Of a stretch of DNA of 64,000 nucleotides, positions 60,414 through 64,000 are shown one piece after another (position 1 is the stretch's first letter; each line of letters starts with the position of its first letter). Source of the stretch: Octopus vulgaris (lineage: Eukaryota); contig OX597816.1 of NCBI GenBank assembly GCA_951406725.2, positions 129,580,001 through 129,644,000 on the forward strand. The letters run 5' to 3'. Made by a program: the position numbers and the translations under genes. The notes under the pieces are model-generated. The model was not told the DNA's origin, did not search any database, and worked only from the letters and a program-made list of their open reading frames with translations.

Positions 60414-62316
60414 GTAAGTAAAACAAGCTATATTTTAGTGCATTTAAATATATTAGATCTTAGCTATATCAAAATACTAAGTTTGGCTATTTTATTTAGT
60501 ATTCTACCTGAACAAAGATCTAGCATGTAAGATGTCTATCTTAATATATTAACCAGTTGCTGAATTTTTGAAACAGCTGTGAAGAACTATAATCATCAGT
60601 TAATGTCTGTTCTTCATGCTGGCATGGGTTGGATGGTTTGACAGAAGTTGGTCAGCTGGAGAGCTGCTCAGACTTCATTTCTCTATGGCTGGATGCCCAA
60701 CCACTGTAGAGAGTGTACTGGGTGCTTTAAACAGAGTACTAGTATGGGTGCTTTTCCAGCACCAGCACTTTTACACAGCAACATGGGCACTTTTACATGA
60801 CACCAACATTGGCACTATTACATGACACTGATATGGACACCTTTATGTGGCACCAGCATTGGCACTGGCATGGATGCTTTTACATGGCACCGGGACAGAC
60901 ACTTTTACATGGCACCAGCCCTTACAAACCTTCAAAACCAGGATCTTTTGGCTGAGTGAGGGATGTATTGAAGACATGCCTGTATGCATGGACTGCTATG
61001 ATTTTACTTAGCTTGATGTGTCTTCTTAAGCACAGCAAACTGCTTGAAATCTCAGTCCTGTCTTATCTCCTCTACGAGGCCCAACATCTGAAGATCCTTT
61101 CTCACCACTTCGTCCCATGTCTTCCTGAGTCTACCCCTCCCACACATTCCCTCCAACTATATTTTTTCTTTGCCAAGTACGTTTGTGTTTACATTTATGC
61201 AGCATCTTTTATAAATGTAAGTTATGCTATATATAAGTGCTTGTTCATCTTTTGTCTCTATATTTTAATACATATTGTGTATTCCGTGTTTGCTGTGCCA
61301 AAATTAATTTACAAAGTCTGTTAATGGCAAATTATTTTTAATAATTCTGAAATAATTTTCTCTCAGTGGTTTCAGAATGCCTGCAAAGAACATGGACACA
61401 GCTTTTTCATTCTAAAGAAACCATGAAAAAAATTATTTAAAAAAAACAAAAACTCATGCATGGTTGGGCAGTTAACAGTAGGAAGGGTGTGCAGCTGTAA
61501 AAGCAACTGCTTCACTGAATGAATCATGCAAGCATGAAATAATGGATATAAATCAGAACTACTACTACTACTACTACTACTACTACCACTACTACTATAT
61601 TAAGGCAGCAAGCTGGCAGAACCATCACTATGCCAGACAAAATGCTTAGGAGCATTTCTTCTACCTTTACATTCTAACTTCAAATGAAGCCAAAGTCAAT
61701 TTTGCCTTTCATTTTTTTCAAGGTCGTTAAAATGAGAACTGGGATTTGAAACATATGAAGGTTGGCAACAAGAAGTGCATCTTGTCACAGAAAATCTACC
61801 TCAACAAATTCCATCTGACCTGTGCACATATGGAAAAGTGAATATTAAAACATTGGTGGTGGTGGTGATGATGATGATGATGATCATCATCATCATCATC
61901 AGTATCATCATCGTCATTTCTTTAACATCTAGCATGGGTTTGGACAGAAATTTATTTGATGCAGGATTTTATAACTGGATGGTTTTCCTACCACCAAGTG
62001 TTACCTGTTCTTCAGATAAAATATTCTACCAATCTAAGACATCAAAAAGTACCTTCCCCTAGTTTCTTTTCTCCTAATTAGAAAAAGTATGCTCAGAGTA
62101 GGCCCATTCAGCAAGCGGTCATAATGTCAAAGAGGAATATTAACATCTGCACTACTTTGCTCAAGCAGAAACAAGCACAGAATATATGACTGTGTGGTTA
62201 AAAATTCGCTTCCCAACCACTCAATTTTGGGTTCTGTCCCTCCTCGAATAAAATTTAGACTAAGGCAGTTTTAACAGAGTTTAGACTCAAAAACAGGGGA
62301 TTGGGTGATGTAAATA

Positions 62317-62828
62317 CCGTAAATCCTTGAGTATAATCCGCATTTTTTTCCCAAAATTTAAAGGTCAAAATCCCTAGTGCGTACTATATACAATGTTAAA
62401 AATGAAAATTATTTTCTAAGCAATGTCCGAGTCTCTATTTGCTGTCTGGTTATGTGTATTCAGACGCATTTTGTGATGACAGGCGTGAAAATACCTTAAG
62501 CTAAGCCTGAAAGCAATGAAGTCATAAAAGGATCATCCATAACTTGCAGTAATCAACATTTATTAAACGTTATTACTGTTATTTCTTTATTTTCTGCAAA
62601 CAAAATGCACAAAAAAGCTACACTTTTGCATTATGTTATATATACAATAATAATAAAGGACGTTACCGTATACATTTTTATAAACCAAGAACGTTATATA
62701 GACCTTCTTGATTCAAGTTAGAGAAGGGGTGTGTATTATATACAAGGTTTAGGTTTTTCAGAGATACAGCCCCGTGAAAATCCTCTGCGTATTATACTCA
62801 AGGGCAGACTATACTCAAGGATTTACGG
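62317..62828. mobile_element. Tc2/pogo-type MITE
   Basis: TA-flanked TIRs CCGTAAATCCTTGAGTATA.TC.GC / GCAGACTATACTCAAGGATTTACGG with internal subterminal repeats TGCGTA.TATA. Confidence 0.85.
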
Positions 62829-63154
62829 TACTATAATGTATTTAATCTGGCACACTGTTACTATAGTAATTCCTCAAACATTCTTTTTATCTTTGTCATG
62901 TTAGATATCATTCCAGTTCTCTTCATTGTTTATTCTAGCTTGAAATCTGTTATTGTAATTATCAGTCTTTCTTTACATATTGTTGCTACTACGTGATATA
63001 ACTTAATAACGATCATACTAACAAACAATTACACTTGACTCCAAGTTCTGTGTAAGATTGATAGACAATGAGCAGTTTAGCTTCACCATAAGGCACATGG
63101 CCGGAGTCATCAAAGGATGTGGGTTCGAGTCTCATGACTTGTTGTTGACAATAA

Positions 63155-63552
63155 TAGGTGTAGGAGTGGCTGTGTGGTAAGTAACTTGCTTACCAACTAC
63201 ATAGTTCCGGTTTCAGTTCCACTGCGTGGCACCTTGGGCAAGTGTCTTCTACTATAGCCTCGAGCCGTCCAAAGACTTGTGAGTGGATTTGGTAGACAGA
63301 AACTGAAAGAGGCCAGTCGTATATATGTATGTATGTACATGTGTGTGTATGTTTGTGTGTCTGTTTGTGTCCCCCCAACATCGCTTGACAACCGATGGTG
63401 TGTGTTTACATCCCCGTAACTTAGCGGTTTGGCAAAAGAGACTGATAGAATAAGTACTAGGCTTACAAAGAATAAGTCCTGGGGTTGATTTGCTCGACTA
63501 AAAGGCTGTGCTCCAGCATGGCCACAGTCAAATGACTGAAACAAGCAAAAGA
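63155..63552 (+). mobile_element. tRNA-derived SINE (same family as 7090-7527)
   Basis: Colinear match to the reverse complement of 7090-7527. Confidence 0.85.
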
Positions 63553-64000
63553 GTATACACTCATCAGATATACAGGTTTTGGACTTAAGTTGAACACAGC
63601 AAAGCAGCCTGCTTTGTTGCGTCCAAGTACTAAGTTTGTACGTCTGAAAAGTATAAATCTATTAACCTCACATGAAACTTGAAGTCATGTGTAACTATTT
63701 GTAAGTATGATCATCATTAAATTATATGATACTTCCTCTGTCTTTTATATAGTTGAATGCTCTTTTTTTCTCTTTTTTTTTTTTGCAATGAACCATAACA
63801 AATCGGGTATATGTGTGTGTGTATATAAACAACTCCATGAATCTAATATTTCTAAAATCTCTATTATTCAGAAATATAATTTTGGATGTATTGGAATGTA
63901 ATATAACATCGAATTTTATTTGATATTGGATGACAAAATCCTCTCAGTAAGATTCAATGTTTTCTTTAGATTAACATGATTAACCATTCATTTTCACCAT

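Overview
AT-rich, microsatellite-dense and repeat-dense animal genomic DNA. The SINE and RTE-tail families and the (TA)n/(CA)n/(ATC)n load look like an octopus or other coleoid cephalopod genome (inference). One host gene is visible: the 5' part of a THNSL1-like gene (shikimate-kinase-like plus threonine-synthase domains) on the + strand. It has a predicted first coding exon at 33782-33868 and exons at 53840-53980, 56020-56301 and 59881-60413. The rest is mostly transposons: a young Penelope-like element (PLE) at 488-5357, a 5'-truncated CR1-type LINE with an open reading frame, RTE, R4/Dong, Helitron, Tc1/mariner and Gypsy fragments, MITEs and tRNA-derived SINEs. Two observations stand out. 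(1) The endonuclease-positive PLE has two overlapping ORFs, a coiled-coil/low-complexity ORF1 and an RT + GIY-YIG ORF2. They are joined by an in-frame U_UUU_UUA-GGG slippery site identical to the HIV-1 gag-pol heptamer, which suggests programmed -1 frameshifting. (2) Several type I hammerhead-ribozyme motifs with palindromic stem III and covarying stems sit in non-coding, TA-flanked remnants elsewhere in the window, while the intact PLE has no canonical hammerhead.
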